A stretch of DNA of 64,000 nucleotides from an uncultured delta proteobacterium (GTDB lineage: Bacteria > Desulfobacterota > Desulfobulbia > Desulfobulbales > JAGXFP01): contig CAWEAD010000005.1 of the NCBI GenBank assembly GCA_963807225.1, positions 544,456-608,455 on the forward strand. The letters run 5' to 3'. Every line of letters starts with the position of its first letter. Positions within the stretch are counted from its first letter, which is position 1. The notes beneath the pieces were generated by a model. The model saw only the letters and a program-made list of their open reading frames with translations, made no database searches and was not told the DNA's origin. Position numbers and translations under genes: made by a program. Below, one piece after another: positions 27,492 through 37,181 of this stretch.

Positions 27492-28952
27492 TTAATCCAG
27501 AGTGGGTTTGCGGCTGCCCAGTCCCAGCGCCTGTTCCAGGCTGAAGGCGGCCTGCAGTAGTTTTTCCTCAGCGAAATGCGGCCCCTGAAGCTGCAGGCCT
27601 ATGGGCAGGCCGGCGGAGCTGAAGCCGCAGGGTACCGAGAGACAGGGCACCCCGGCCAGATTGGAGGAAATGGTCAGGACGTCGGAAAGATACATGCTCA
27701 AAGGGTCGTCGATCTTCTCGCCGATCCGCCAGGCTGGGGTGGGAGCAACCGGCGAAGCCAGGACATCGCACTTTTCGAAAGCCGCCCTGAAGTCATTAAC
27801 GATCAGGGTCCGCACTTGCAGGGCCTTGCGATAATATGCGTCATAGTAACCGGAGGAAAGGGCGTAGGTGCCGATCATGATCCGTCGCTTGACCTCGGCT
27901 CCGAACCCCTCGGAGCGGCTCAGCTGGAACATCTCCAGAAGCGAGTCGGGGTCGGCGGTCCGATGTCCGAATCGGACTCCGTCATAACGGGCCAGGTTGG
28001 AGCTGGCCTCGGCCGGGGCAATGACATAGTAGGCAGCCACCCCGTAACCGGTATGGGGCAGGGTAACCTCAACCACTTCAGCGCCGGACTGCCTGAGGGC
28101 CTCGATACCGTCGCGCACCACCCTTTCCACCTCGGGGTCAAGCCCTTCCTCGAAATATTCCCGGGGGATGCCGATCTTCAAGCCCTTGACCCCGGCATCC
28201 AGAGAGGCCGGATAGTCGGCCACCGGCCGGGCGACCGAAGTGGAATCGCGTCGGTCATGGCCACTGATCAGCTTGAGCAGGATGGCGCAGTCGCGCACGT
28301 CCTTAGTAATCGGTCCCAGCTGATCCAATGAGGAAGCGTAGGCGATCAGGCCGTAGCGGGAAACCCGGCCATAGGTGGGCTTCAAGCCCACCACCCCGCA
28401 ATGGGATGCGGGTTGGCGGATCGAACCGCCGGTATCGGAACCGAGCGAAGCGACACATTCGTCGGCCGCCACCGCCGCCGCCGAACCGCCGCTGGAGCCG
28501 CCGCAGATATGGTCCAACGCCCAGGGATTGTGAGGAGTACCGAAGGCGCAGGTTTCGTTGGAAGAACCCATGGCGAACTCATCCATGGCGAGCTTGCCGA
28601 GGATCACCGCTCCCGCCGCCTTCAGGGCGGCAACCGGGGTGGCATCGTAGGGCGGGACGAAATCTTCCAGCATTCGCGAGCCGCAGGTGGTGCGCAAACC
28701 CTTGGTGCAGACGATATCCTTCAGGGCCAGGGGAATGCCGCAGAGTTCTCCGGCCAGTCCGGCCGCCCGTTGCCGATCGGCCGTCGCGGCCTGGGCCAGG
28801 GCGCCCTCCCGATCCAGGGTGACAAAGGCGCCCACGCGCTCCTCGACCCGGTCGATCCTGGACAGAAAAGCCTTAGTAACCTCTATCGCCGTGATTTCGC
28901 CATTAGCAAGAAGTTCCTGCAGAGCGTGGATGGTAAGTGCCTGAATCTCCAT
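27492..28952 (-). CDS. gatA: Asp/Glu-tRNA amidotransferase subunit A
   Basis: Amidase signature [30 protein letters not shown]. Confidence 0.96.
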   Translation of the reverse strand: MEIQALTIHALQELLANGEITAIEVTKAFLSRIDRVEERVGAFVTLDREGALAQAATADRQRAAGLAGELCGIPLALKDIVCTKGLRTTCGSRMLEDFVPPYDATPVAALKAAGAVILGKLAMDEFAMGSSNETCAFGTPHNPWALDHICGGSSGGSAAAVAADECVASLGSDTGGSIRQPASHCGVVGLKPTYGRVSRYGLIAYASSLDQLGPITKDVRDCAILLKLISGHDRRDSTSVARPVADYPASLDAGVKGLKIGIPREYFEEGLDPEVERVVRDGIEALRQSGAEVVEVTLPHTGYGVAAYYVIAPAEASSNLARYDGVRFGHRTADPDSLLEMFQLSRSEGFGAEVKRRIMIGTYALSSGYYDAYYRKALQVRTLIVNDFRAAFEKCDVLASPVAPTPAWRIGEKIDDPLSMYLSDVLTISSNLAGVPCLSVPCGFSSAGLPIGLQLQGPHFAEEKLLQAAFSLEQALGLGSRKPTLD

Positions 28953-28965
28953 ATTCTCTCACCAC

Positions 28966-29001
28966 AAAAAAACAGCGGATCCAGCCGGGCCGGGATCCGC
29001 T
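28966..29001 (-). terminator. Terminator-like hairpin between gatC and gatA
   Basis: 9-bp stem (agcggatcc / ggatccgct) plus U7 on the minus strand, ending about 13 nt before the gatA ATG. Confidence 0.55.
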
Positions 29002-29046
29002 TAATCCGGTTGTTGTGCGACTGGCAGAACCAGGCGCTAGGCCGCT

Positions 29047-29331
29047 TCAAATTACTTTGGGAACCACGAAGGCGACGCCGTTTTGCGAAGGCCCGTTGGC
29101 CAGAGCCTCTTCCCGGGGGAGAGACGCGGCCGGTTCATCTTCCCGGAAGGCGTTGACGATGGCGATCGCGTGAGTGGTGGGCGCCACCGTAGCAGTGTCC
29201 AGTTCGTTTAGCTTATCAACATAGGAGAGAATCCGGTCCAGCTGACCGGCCATCTCCAGCGCCTCGTCGTCTGCCAACTGCAGACGGGCCAGACGGGCTA
29301 CATATTGCACTTCTTCCAGAGAGATCTTCAT
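29047..29331 (-). CDS. gatC: Asp/Glu-tRNA amidotransferase subunit C
   Basis: ISLEEVQYVARLARL...LNELDT..VAPT...FRED...ALANGP....FVVPKVI. Confidence 0.95.
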   Translation of the reverse strand: MKISLEEVQYVARLARLQLADDEALEMAGQLDRILSYVDKLNELDTATVAPTTHAIAIVNAFREDEPAASLPREEALANGPSQNGVAFVVPKVI

Positions 29332-29581
29332 GGGCTGAAGAATTAACGTAAATGGATCGGCAAGTCAAACAATCTTGATGTTGATGGTCTCGCAAAAAAC
29401 CTCGGGGCGGCAGAGCAAAAGTTCGATATACAAGTAAGTAGTGTATTTTTTGAGATTGAGGCCGTACATACGATATGCCGAACGAGCAAAAATGCGCCAC
29501 GACGCGATCGACCGGTTTATGCCCTTCGGGGTGCTTTTGGGGACGCCATCATCCTTTGGTTCGGCCAAGGGTGCCCGGTCC

Positions 29582-30649
29582 TCAGATATGCCAGCGGGGA
29601 GCATAGGCGCGACGCAGAACGGCCAACGATTCGGTACCAAGGTTACCGGGAGCCCCGAACCGGGCCTCGGCCAGGGGGGATATCCGGTTTTCCAGATCGG
29701 GCAGAAAGGCCTCACCGGCCAACTCACCCAGGGAAGCGAGGACGCCATCCCGCAACCCCTGTAGACTGTAGCCGCCCTCCAGGGTCAGAATCAAGCGACC
29801 ATCACATAATTCGTCGGCCAGTGCCTTGACAACCCGGGTCAGATAAGCAAAGCCGGCCTCGGTCACCGCCATGGTGCCCAAAGGGTCGCCGTGATAAATG
29901 TCATATCCGGCGGAAACCAGAATCATCTCGGGACGGTACTGACGGGCAATGGGGACCAGCACCTGGTTGAAAATCGCGGCATAGGCGGCATCGTTCATCC
30001 CACCGGAGAGAGGCACATTGAGATTAAAGCCTTCCCCGCGACCACTTCCTTTTTCCTCCAGAGTGCCGGACCCTGGAAAATAGGGAAACATATGGGTGGA
30101 AAAATAAAGAACCCGGTCGCTCTTGTAAAAGGAGTTCTGGGTACCGTTGCCGTGATGAAGATCCCAATCGACTATCAGAATCCGCTGCAGGCCCAATTCA
30201 TCCAGGGCGTAGGCGGACGCCACCGCCACGTTGTTGAACAGGCAGAACCCCTTGGCCCAACCCCTTTCGGCATGATGACCTGGCGGCCGCACCAGGGCGA
30301 AGGCATTGGCGGCAGACCCAGCGCAAACCTGCCGAGCCGCCTCAATCACCGCGCCGGCGGCCAGACAAGCGGCCTCATATGAACGCGCCGATGTACTGGT
30401 GTCGGGATCGAGGGATTCGAAGGGATGTCCTGCCGTTGCGGCGACCCTGGCCACGTGCTCTTCGGAATGGATCCGCAGCAAATCCAGCCGTTCGGCCGGA
30501 ACCGGCGCGGGGAAAGACAGGTTCTGGCTGTCCATCAACGATCCCAGGCCTTCGTAAACTACCTCCAGTCGGCTGGAACTTTCCACATGGGCAAAGCCCG
30601 GATCATGCTCCAGGAATAGATCGCTTTTGAGAATCGCGGTTTTCAGCAC
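29582..30649 (-). CDS. Histone-deacetylase-family (HDAC/AcuC-like) amidohydrolase
   Basis: RPPGHHA, GFCLFNNVA, DWDLHHGNGTQ, SAGYD, LEGGY. GTG start at 30649 behind GGAG. Confidence 0.9.
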   Translation of the reverse strand: MLKTAILKSDLFLEHDPGFAHVESSSRLEVVYEGLGSLMDSQNLSFPAPVPAERLDLLRIHSEEHVARVAATAGHPFESLDPDTSTSARSYEAACLAAGAVIEAARQVCAGSAANAFALVRPPGHHAERGWAKGFCLFNNVAVASAYALDELGLQRILIVDWDLHHGNGTQNSFYKSDRVLYFSTHMFPYFPGSGTLEEKGSGRGEGFNLNVPLSGGMNDAAYAAIFNQVLVPIARQYRPEMILVSAGYDIYHGDPLGTMAVTEAGFAYLTRVVKALADELCDGRLILTLEGGYSLQGLRDGVLASLGELAGEAFLPDLENRISPLAEARFGAPGNLGTESLAVLRRAYAPRWHI

Positions 30650-30910
30650 TTCTGACTCCACCCGATAATCCCTAGTCGTAGTGTAAACCCCCCAAAAAAA
30701 CACAGGGAGTTTAGCTGCTTGTCCGCCGCAAGTCAACGGGCAACGGACTCGTCCGGAGAATTTCCCCCTACAAATAATCCAAATTTACTCCGACAGATTA
30801 TGGTATGTTTGCACCATTTAGTTTTTTCTAACTAATATCGAGCTACTTTGGGGCATTCTCAACTATACTTTTGTTACAGGAAATAATAATTTAACCAGTG
30901 ACGCATACAA

Positions 30911-32206
30911 ATGTCCCAGTCTGCCAATCATGATCGGAACCATAACGCTCCGACCTCTTCAATTTCCGGCTCCGTTAAACGGTACGTCGGCTTCATCTCC
31001 CTAATCAGCAGCCTCTTGATCATCGCCATTTTCTGGGTGTTTTACATCCACACCGTCAAACTCATCGATGAACAGTTGCTCCATGAATCCCGCGCCTTCT
31101 TTCAGGAAATCGTCCAGACCCGCCAGTGGATCATCAAACAGGGAGGGGTTTACATCAGAGAGAAGCCGGGGATGCAGCCCGATCACTACCTGGGAAATGT
31201 CAAAGGGCTGAAGACGGTTATCACCGATCGTGAAGGCGAACAATACTTCCTGCGCAACCATGCCGTCATTACCAGAATGATTTCGGATCTACCCCAGCGG
31301 GAACAGCATTTCATCATTAACATCTCCAGCCTCAAACCCTTGAACCCAGGCAACAAGCCGGACAATTTCGAACTGACCGCCCTGGAATCCTTTGAAACCG
31401 GGGCCAAGGAGTTCTCCCGGCTGATTCAGACTTCATCGGGCCCCACCTTTCGTTTCATGGCCCCCCTGGTTACTCAGAAAGAATGCTTGCCCTGTCACGG
31501 CAACCAGGGATATAAAATCGGCGACATCCGCGGGGGCATCAGCATTACCATTCCGGCCCGGGAGGTGATGCGCGAAATAACCCAGGCCAGGATTTATACC
31601 TTGACCGCCGCCGCCGCCCTACTGTTGGTACTGTTTTCGGTGATCATCTACATCTCCCGTCTTTTCGTCAAGGATTTGAAAAAATCAGAAAACATACTGA
31701 TGGAGCAGGCCACCACCGATTCGCTGACCGGCATTCTCAACCGGGGAGAAGGGATCAGAAGATTCGAGCAGGAAATCTCCCACAGCCAGCGGAATCAGCT
31801 GCCTCTCTCGATCATCCTGATCGATATTGATAACTTCAAAATATTCAACGACAACTTCGGACACCAGCTGGGTGATCGGGTCATCCGGCTGATCTCCGGC
31901 TGCTTGGCCGCGACTCTGCGAAATTATGACATCATTTGCCGTTACGGCGGGGAAGAATTCCTGGTGGTACTGCCAACTACCGAGTTGCTGAAGGCTATTG
32001 AAACGGCCGAGCGCTTACGGATTCTGGTGGCGGAAATGTCAACCACCGTAGATGATGAGCGGGGAGCGGCGATCAATCTGACCATCAGCCTGGGGGTCAC
32101 CTCCCTGCACCCGGGAGATTCCCTGGACAGCCTGATATACCGGGCCGACAACGCCCTCTATATCGCCAAGGAGAAGGGTCGCGACCAGGTCCAGTTCCTC
32201 ACCTGA
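30911..32206 (+). CDS. Membrane diguanylate cyclase with periplasmic DUF3365/Tll0287-like heme c domain
   Basis: TM, then a periplasmic domain with CLPCH and GDIRGGISI, then TM, then GGEEF with an intact RxxD I-site. Confidence 0.88.
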   Translation: MSQSANHDRNHNAPTSSISGSVKRYVGFISLISSLLIIAIFWVFYIHTVKLIDEQLLHESRAFFQEIVQTRQWIIKQGGVYIREKPGMQPDHYLGNVKGLKTVITDREGEQYFLRNHAVITRMISDLPQREQHFIINISSLKPLNPGNKPDNFELTALESFETGAKEFSRLIQTSSGPTFRFMAPLVTQKECLPCHGNQGYKIGDIRGGISITIPAREVMREITQARIYTLTAAAALLLVLFSVIIYISRLFVKDLKKSENILMEQATTDSLTGILNRGEGIRRFEQEISHSQRNQLPLSIILIDIDNFKIFNDNFGHQLGDRVIRLISGCLAATLRNYDIICRYGGEEFLVVLPTTELLKAIETAERLRILVAEMSTTVDDERGAAINLTISLGVTSLHPGDSLDSLIYRADNALYIAKEKGRDQVQFLT

Positions 32207-32219
32207 CCGCGCTTATCTG

Positions 32220-32818
32220 CTACCACTGCCTGCAGCCGTTCGCGGTGAAGAAAATTGTCCGGTCTTCCGTCACCAGGCAATGCATGAATTGATCATGCGG
32301 GGCCAGCGGCAGATTTCCAGTTGCCAGCTGCAGCTCAAAAGCCAGCCCGATCCGCAAGGCCCCGGGAGCTTCCAAAGCCAGAAATCGGTCATAGTAGCCG
32401 CCACCGTATCCCAATCTCCCCCCCGCAGGTCAAAGACAGCGCCGGGCACCACAACCGCCTCGATTTGGTCCGGAGGCACGGATCGGGTTCGAGCCGGATC
32501 GGGCTCCGGGATCCCGCAATATCCGGAGCGCAGTTCCCGGCCGGGATCTTCCACCAGATAGGGCAAGAGCTTTCTGCTTCCCGGTATGGACAGGGGCAGG
32601 GCCACGCGAACACCGGCCTCAAGGCACTTGGCAATGGCGGCGGCAGTCCGGACCTCGCTGCGGAAACTGGCGTAAAACATCACCGTCCGGCAGTCCGAAA
32701 ATTGGTTGATTTGCCAGAGCCGAGCTTCGATCTGCCGGCTTTTTTCTTCCAGGACCTGCCGGGGCATGCTGTCCCGAATCGCCAGAATTTCCCTCCGCAA
32801 CCGATCCCGATTGAACAT
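32220..32818 (-). pseudogene. fau: 5-formyltetrahydrofolate cyclo-ligase, frameshifted in a G7 run (32418-32424)
   Basis: Frame 1 ends VVPGAVFDLRG and frame 2 continues RLGYGGGYYDRFL. One extra G restores the canonical motif. Confidence 0.85.
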
Positions 32819-32946
32819 TTGAACTTTATCTGGCAACATTTAGTGCATATCCAAGAAGCAGGGGTTAGAATTTATTATGGATATCATTCTAGCCCTTACC
32901 CGTACTTTCCGCAAACCGCAATAGTTGGCAGGTTAGCTGCCACATC

Positions 32947-35900
32947 GTGAATATGAATCTCAAAATATCTTCCTTCACAGAGCACTGGCAGACCCACACT
33001 TTTAACCGCCAAACCATTCTCCTCAACCCTTCGCGCCCGGACTGGGTAGTACCCGGCACGGAAGCCGCCCGCTTGCTGGAGCATCCGTCCGTCGACCCGG
33101 TGCTGGCTTTGGCCCGAACCAGCCTGGAACACCAACTCTCCGGCCCTACCCCGGAACCCTACAGAGGTCGGGCGGCACATCTCTCCCTGACCCGCCTTAA
33201 GGAATGCTGGTTCCATCTGACCTCGCAATGCAACCTGACCTGTCGCCATTGCCTGTTCAGCTGTTCTCCGGCCTCCACCGTCAGCCTCGCCCCGGACCTC
33301 TTGGCGCAGGGCTTGCGGGAAAGCCGGGAACTGGGCTGTTCCCTCTTTTATTTTACCGGGGGTGAACCCTTTGTCTATCCCGAGTTCACGACTGTCCTGC
33401 AAGAACTCCTGAACGAGACGGACAACCATGCCGTGATCCTGACCAATGGCTTGCTGCTGGAGCAATACCTTACACCATTGGCCGCTCTTCCCCGGGAAAG
33501 GTTGCATCTGCAGATCAGCATGGACGGCCTGGAAGCGCAGCATGACAACCTGCGCGGCCAGGGCACCTTCCAGCGGCTGCTGAAAGTCCTCGCCCGTTTG
33601 CGGGAGCACGATTTCCAAGTCACCCTTTCGGTGGCGGTCAATCGGATCAACATCGACGATCTGCCGGCGCTTGTGGAACTGGCCGGTGATCTGGGAGTAG
33701 CCAGCCTCCACTTCCTTTGGCATTTTGTGCGGGGCAAAGGTAGCTCCGAACAGTTTGTCGAACCATCCCTGATTTTCCAGCAACTGATTCGGGTTCAGGA
33801 AGTGGCCGCCAACCGCGGGGTAATCATCGACAACATTGAAACCATTCGCAGCCAGGTGTTCAGTTCTCCCGGCACTAGATTCGATCTCAGCAATACCGGC
33901 TGGGAATCTCTGGCGATTGGCCCGGACGGTCACATCTACCCTTCCCCGGCCCTGGTCGGTATCCCGGAACTTGACTGTGGGTTCCTGACGCACGGCTTGC
34001 GCCAGTCCTGGCAGGATAGTCCGGTTATGAAAAATATCCGCCGCGCCTCCCTGATCGACTCTCCCGCCTTGGCCTCCCGGCCCTTGAGCTTGCTGGTTGG
34101 CGGCGGCGATCTCGACCACAGCTATCTGGCCGGTGGAGAGTTCGTCGGTCACGATCCCTACCTGGAACTTTATGAAGATCTGGCCCTTTGGCTGATCACC
34201 CGACAGGCCTCCCGTTACCCGGTCCGCAACCCGGCGGAAATCATCCTGCGGATGGGCGATGTCCGGCACGATTGTCCGGACGGCGGCCAGGCCGTTTCCC
34301 TGACCCACTGCAACTGCGTGATCTCCCTGCCCGATGCCACCGGGCACAAATCGGTCCGGGAATTTTACGGCCAGGCCGCCCTGCAAACCAATAACGAAAT
34401 CGTCAATCCCTTCGCGCCGATCCGGGATGGCCTGGAATTCATCCCCCTCAAATCCCGGCAAAGGTCGTACGGTTGCGGCAGCCCGGTGTTGGATGCGGCC
34501 CCGGCGCCTGGAGAAATCCTGGTTGATCTGGGCAGCGGCAGCGGCTTTGAATGTTTTGTGGCGGCCGGACAGGTTGGTCGAACCGGCAAAGTTTACGGAA
34601 TCGACATGACCCGGGAGATGCTGGAACTGTCCCGCGAATCGAAACGAAGCGTGGTCGAGGAGCTGGGCTATGACAATCTGGAATTCCGGCAGGGTTATCT
34701 TGAAGAACTTCCCCTGCCCGACGAACATGCCGATGTGGTTATTTCCAACTGCGTGATCAATCTCAGTCCGGATAAGCGGACCACCTTTCATGAGATTTAT
34801 CGGGTGCTTAAGCCGGGTGGCCGCCTGGTTGTCTCCGACATCACCACCGACCGGCCAATTCCGCTGACCATCAAGAATAACCAAAAATTCCGGGGCGAAT
34901 GTTTGGGCGGCGCCCTGCAGCAGGAACAATTACTGGCCATGCTCAGGGCCACCGGTTTTACCGAAGCCCGATTGATCAAGCGTTTTCCTTATCGAGAGGA
35001 AGACGGAACCAGATTTTTCTCATTGACCTTCAGTTGCCGAAAACCGCCGAAACCCGAGATCGGTCAGGAAGTAATCTACCGGGGCCCAATGGCGGCATTG
35101 ATGACCGAAACCGGGCAACTCATTTTCAAGGGACGCCCGATCCGTCTGGAAACCGACCTGGCCAACCAATTGGATGACTTCTTCCAACTGGATGAAAACG
35201 GTGCGGCGGTCAATCTCGCCACCACCGATTCTTGTGGTTGCGATCCGGTACCCCATACCTCGGGCGATTCCGCCGGCTGCTGTGCGCCCGTGCCCGAAAG
35301 CTCCGGCCGGTCACTGCCAATTATTCCGGCCGGCTTTATCGTCCAACCTCAAGTGCCGATGGTGAAACAGAAGCAAGATTGCCTGATTTGCGGGACCGAA
35401 CTTATCTATGCAAATCGGCCAAGCCCGGCAAATTGTCATTATTGCGGCAAGTGGGCTCAAGCGGAAATCGCTTGTCCGGAGCATTATGTCTGTGACCAAT
35501 GCCATCTGACCGACGGCCTGGCTGTTATACGGCAGGTCTGCACCACCACCGGCGAGCAGGATCTGCTGGCCCTCCTCCATCTGCTCCGTTCCCATCCGGC
35601 CCTGCCTCTGCACGGTCCGGAACATCATGCCCTGGTTCCCGGGGTAATCCTGGCGGCCTGGCGTAACTGCGGCGGCGCCGGCAGTGTGCAAGATATACAG
35701 ACCGCTATTGACCGGGGCAGCAAGATACCCGGCGGCGTCTGCGGCCTCTGGGGTAGTTGCGGGGCCGCACTGGGGGTGGGGATCGCCTTCGCGGTGATTC
35801 TCGAAGCCTCACCGTTGACCGCCGGACCGCGCCAGGAAGCGCAGCGGATCACGGCCCGGGTCATGAGCCGTATGGCTGCCAACCGGGCTCCCCGCTGCTG

Positions 35901-36051
35901 TCGGCGGGAAGCGTTGACTGCTTTACTGGAAGCCTCGGCCATCGCCCGGGAAAATTTCGGCCTGGAACTACCGGCCAGATACCAAGAAGGATGTGGACAA
36001 AAGGATCTTAACCGGGAGTGTCTCGGCAAGGCTTGCCCTTACTGGAAATAA
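32947..36051 (+). CDS. Multidomain protein: radical SAM + degenerate SPASM + ArsM-like As(III) methyltransferase + Cys-rich DUF5714-like domain
   Basis: CNLTCRHC; FTGGEP; YGCGSP; VDLGSGSG; GIDMT; VISNCVINL; GECLGGA; CLICG..CHYCG..C..H.VCDQCH; HGPEHH; PGGVCGLWGSCGAA; RCCRR. Confidence 0.85.
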   Translation: MNMNLKISSFTEHWQTHTFNRQTILLNPSRPDWVVPGTEAARLLEHPSVDPVLALARTSLEHQLSGPTPEPYRGRAAHLSLTRLKECWFHLTSQCNLTCRHCLFSCSPASTVSLAPDLLAQGLRESRELGCSLFYFTGGEPFVYPEFTTVLQELLNETDNHAVILTNGLLLEQYLTPLAALPRERLHLQISMDGLEAQHDNLRGQGTFQRLLKVLARLREHDFQVTLSVAVNRINIDDLPALVELAGDLGVASLHFLWHFVRGKGSSEQFVEPSLIFQQLIRVQEVAANRGVIIDNIETIRSQVFSSPGTRFDLSNTGWESLAIGPDGHIYPSPALVGIPELDCGFLTHGLRQSWQDSPVMKNIRRASLIDSPALASRPLSLLVGGGDLDHSYLAGGEFVGHDPYLELYEDLALWLITRQASRYPVRNPAEIILRMGDVRHDCPDGGQAVSLTHCNCVISLPDATGHKSVREFYGQAALQTNNEIVNPFAPIRDGLEFIPLKSRQRSYGCGSPVLDAAPAPGEILVDLGSGSGFECFVAAGQVGRTGKVYGIDMTREMLELSRESKRSVVEELGYDNLEFRQGYLEELPLPDEHADVVISNCVINLSPDKRTTFHEIYRVLKPGGRLVVSDITTDRPIPLTIKNNQKFRGECLGGALQQEQLLAMLRATGFTEARLIKRFPYREEDGTRFFSLTFSCRKPPKPEIGQEVIYRGPMAALMTETGQLIFKGRPIRLETDLANQLDDFFQLDENGAAVNLATTDSCGCDPVPHTSGDSAGCCAPVPESSGRSLPIIPAGFIVQPQVPMVKQKQDCLICGTELIYANRPSPANCHYCGKWAQAEIACPEHYVCDQCHLTDGLAVIRQVCTTTGEQDLLALLHLLRSHPALPLHGPEHHALVPGVILAAWRNCGGAGSVQDIQTAIDRGSKIPGGVCGLWGSCGAALGVGIAFAVILEASPLTAGPRQEAQRITARVMSRMAANRAPRCCRREALTALLEASAIARENFGLELPARYQEGCGQKDLNRECLGKACPYWK

Positions 36052-36090
36052 TGGAGGAAATAACTGATCGGCACCGTGGACGAAAATGAG

Positions 36091-36990
36091 TTAGACGATC
36101 ACCACCCTGGTTCCGATCAAGCGGTCATGTAGCCCACGCTTTTGGGAATCAAAGATGATCGGGGAATAAAAGAGGAAAAGAGTAGCAATAAAAGCTACCA
36201 TCGCCAGCCATTTTTGCTGGCTCAGCATAAACCCGGCAATGGCGGGTACCAGCGCGATACTCAAACCTAAAACAAATTCCCCGCAGAAACGGCCGAAGGC
36301 CTGAATATAGCCTACTCTACCTCCCGTCGGGGTTACTATTTTCAGGTTGAAGACTATCTTGCCGGGAGTGGCTCCGAACTTGCCGACGAACCAGGTTACA
36401 TAGAAGGACCACAGCAGCAGGTTGATCAACATGGTCGCGGCATAAACATATTCGATATCGGCCGAGACATAAGCCTCCGGAAAGAGCTTGCGGCTCAGAC
36501 CCTCAACTATGCTGGCTATGGTGAGCAGGAAGATCAGGTCAATAACCTTGGCCCCGAACCTCTTGCCGGCTCCGGCATAATTCAACCCGCCCGCAGTTGT
36601 CGCCTTTTTTCCCCGGAGGAGCTCCCCTGCGGCTCCCCCGTGAATCTCATTATCTCCGAGGCCCCGGGCATAAGGCTTTTCTTCCCGGGTGACTGAAGTC
36701 AGCTCATCGCCCCTGATTTCGGCCAGCGCCTGCCAATCCGCCATCCCCTTGCGCCACACCAGAGTGTCAGGGGTAACGGTGCCGGCCCCGATCAACCGCT
36801 CAAACTCATCCTGGCTTATCGGTCCCCGCTTTTCCCGGCCTTCGGCGTAGTACCACTTGACTTCAGGATGAACTACGACTTCTTCGGCGGCCGTGAATAT
36901 CACCCCGCATTTCGGACAATGTATCTCCCGACCGATAAATTCTTCATCCACCTTGCCCTTGCTGCCACATTCTGGACATCTGACGATCAT
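36091..36990 (-). CDS. Zn-ribbon + GYF_2 (DUF4339) + RDD-family membrane protein
   Basis: CPEC..CPKC; WYYAEGREKRGP...TLVWRKGMADW; KRFGAKVIDL...TPGK...RGLHDRLIGTRV. Confidence 0.85.
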   Translation of the reverse strand: MIVRCPECGSKGKVDEEFIGREIHCPKCGVIFTAAEEVVVHPEVKWYYAEGREKRGPISQDEFERLIGAGTVTPDTLVWRKGMADWQALAEIRGDELTSVTREEKPYARGLGDNEIHGGAAGELLRGKKATTAGGLNYAGAGKRFGAKVIDLIFLLTIASIVEGLSRKLFPEAYVSADIEYVYAATMLINLLLWSFYVTWFVGKFGATPGKIVFNLKIVTPTGGRVGYIQAFGRFCGEFVLGLSIALVPAIAGFMLSQQKWLAMVAFIATLFLFYSPIIFDSQKRGLHDRLIGTRVVIV

Positions 36991-37181
36991 CTACTTCCCT
37001 CACTTTCTCCGCATTCTACAAACCCTATCGGAACATAGGATTGCTTAAGATATCATGAATTTCTTCGGGATCAGGAAAATTTTCACCGCCTTCAGCAATT
37101 TTTTATCAACTATGCTGGTTATCGTTTATATTCAAGCGGATACAATCTTTCCATTAATATCAGCCCTCCTGGATAGCCCCC

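Noticed and set aside
32840-32946. 6S RNA upstream of the 5-formyl-THF cyclo-ligase gene
   Set aside because: The interval is only about 110-130 nt, divergent, and lacks a long rod-like self-complementarity.
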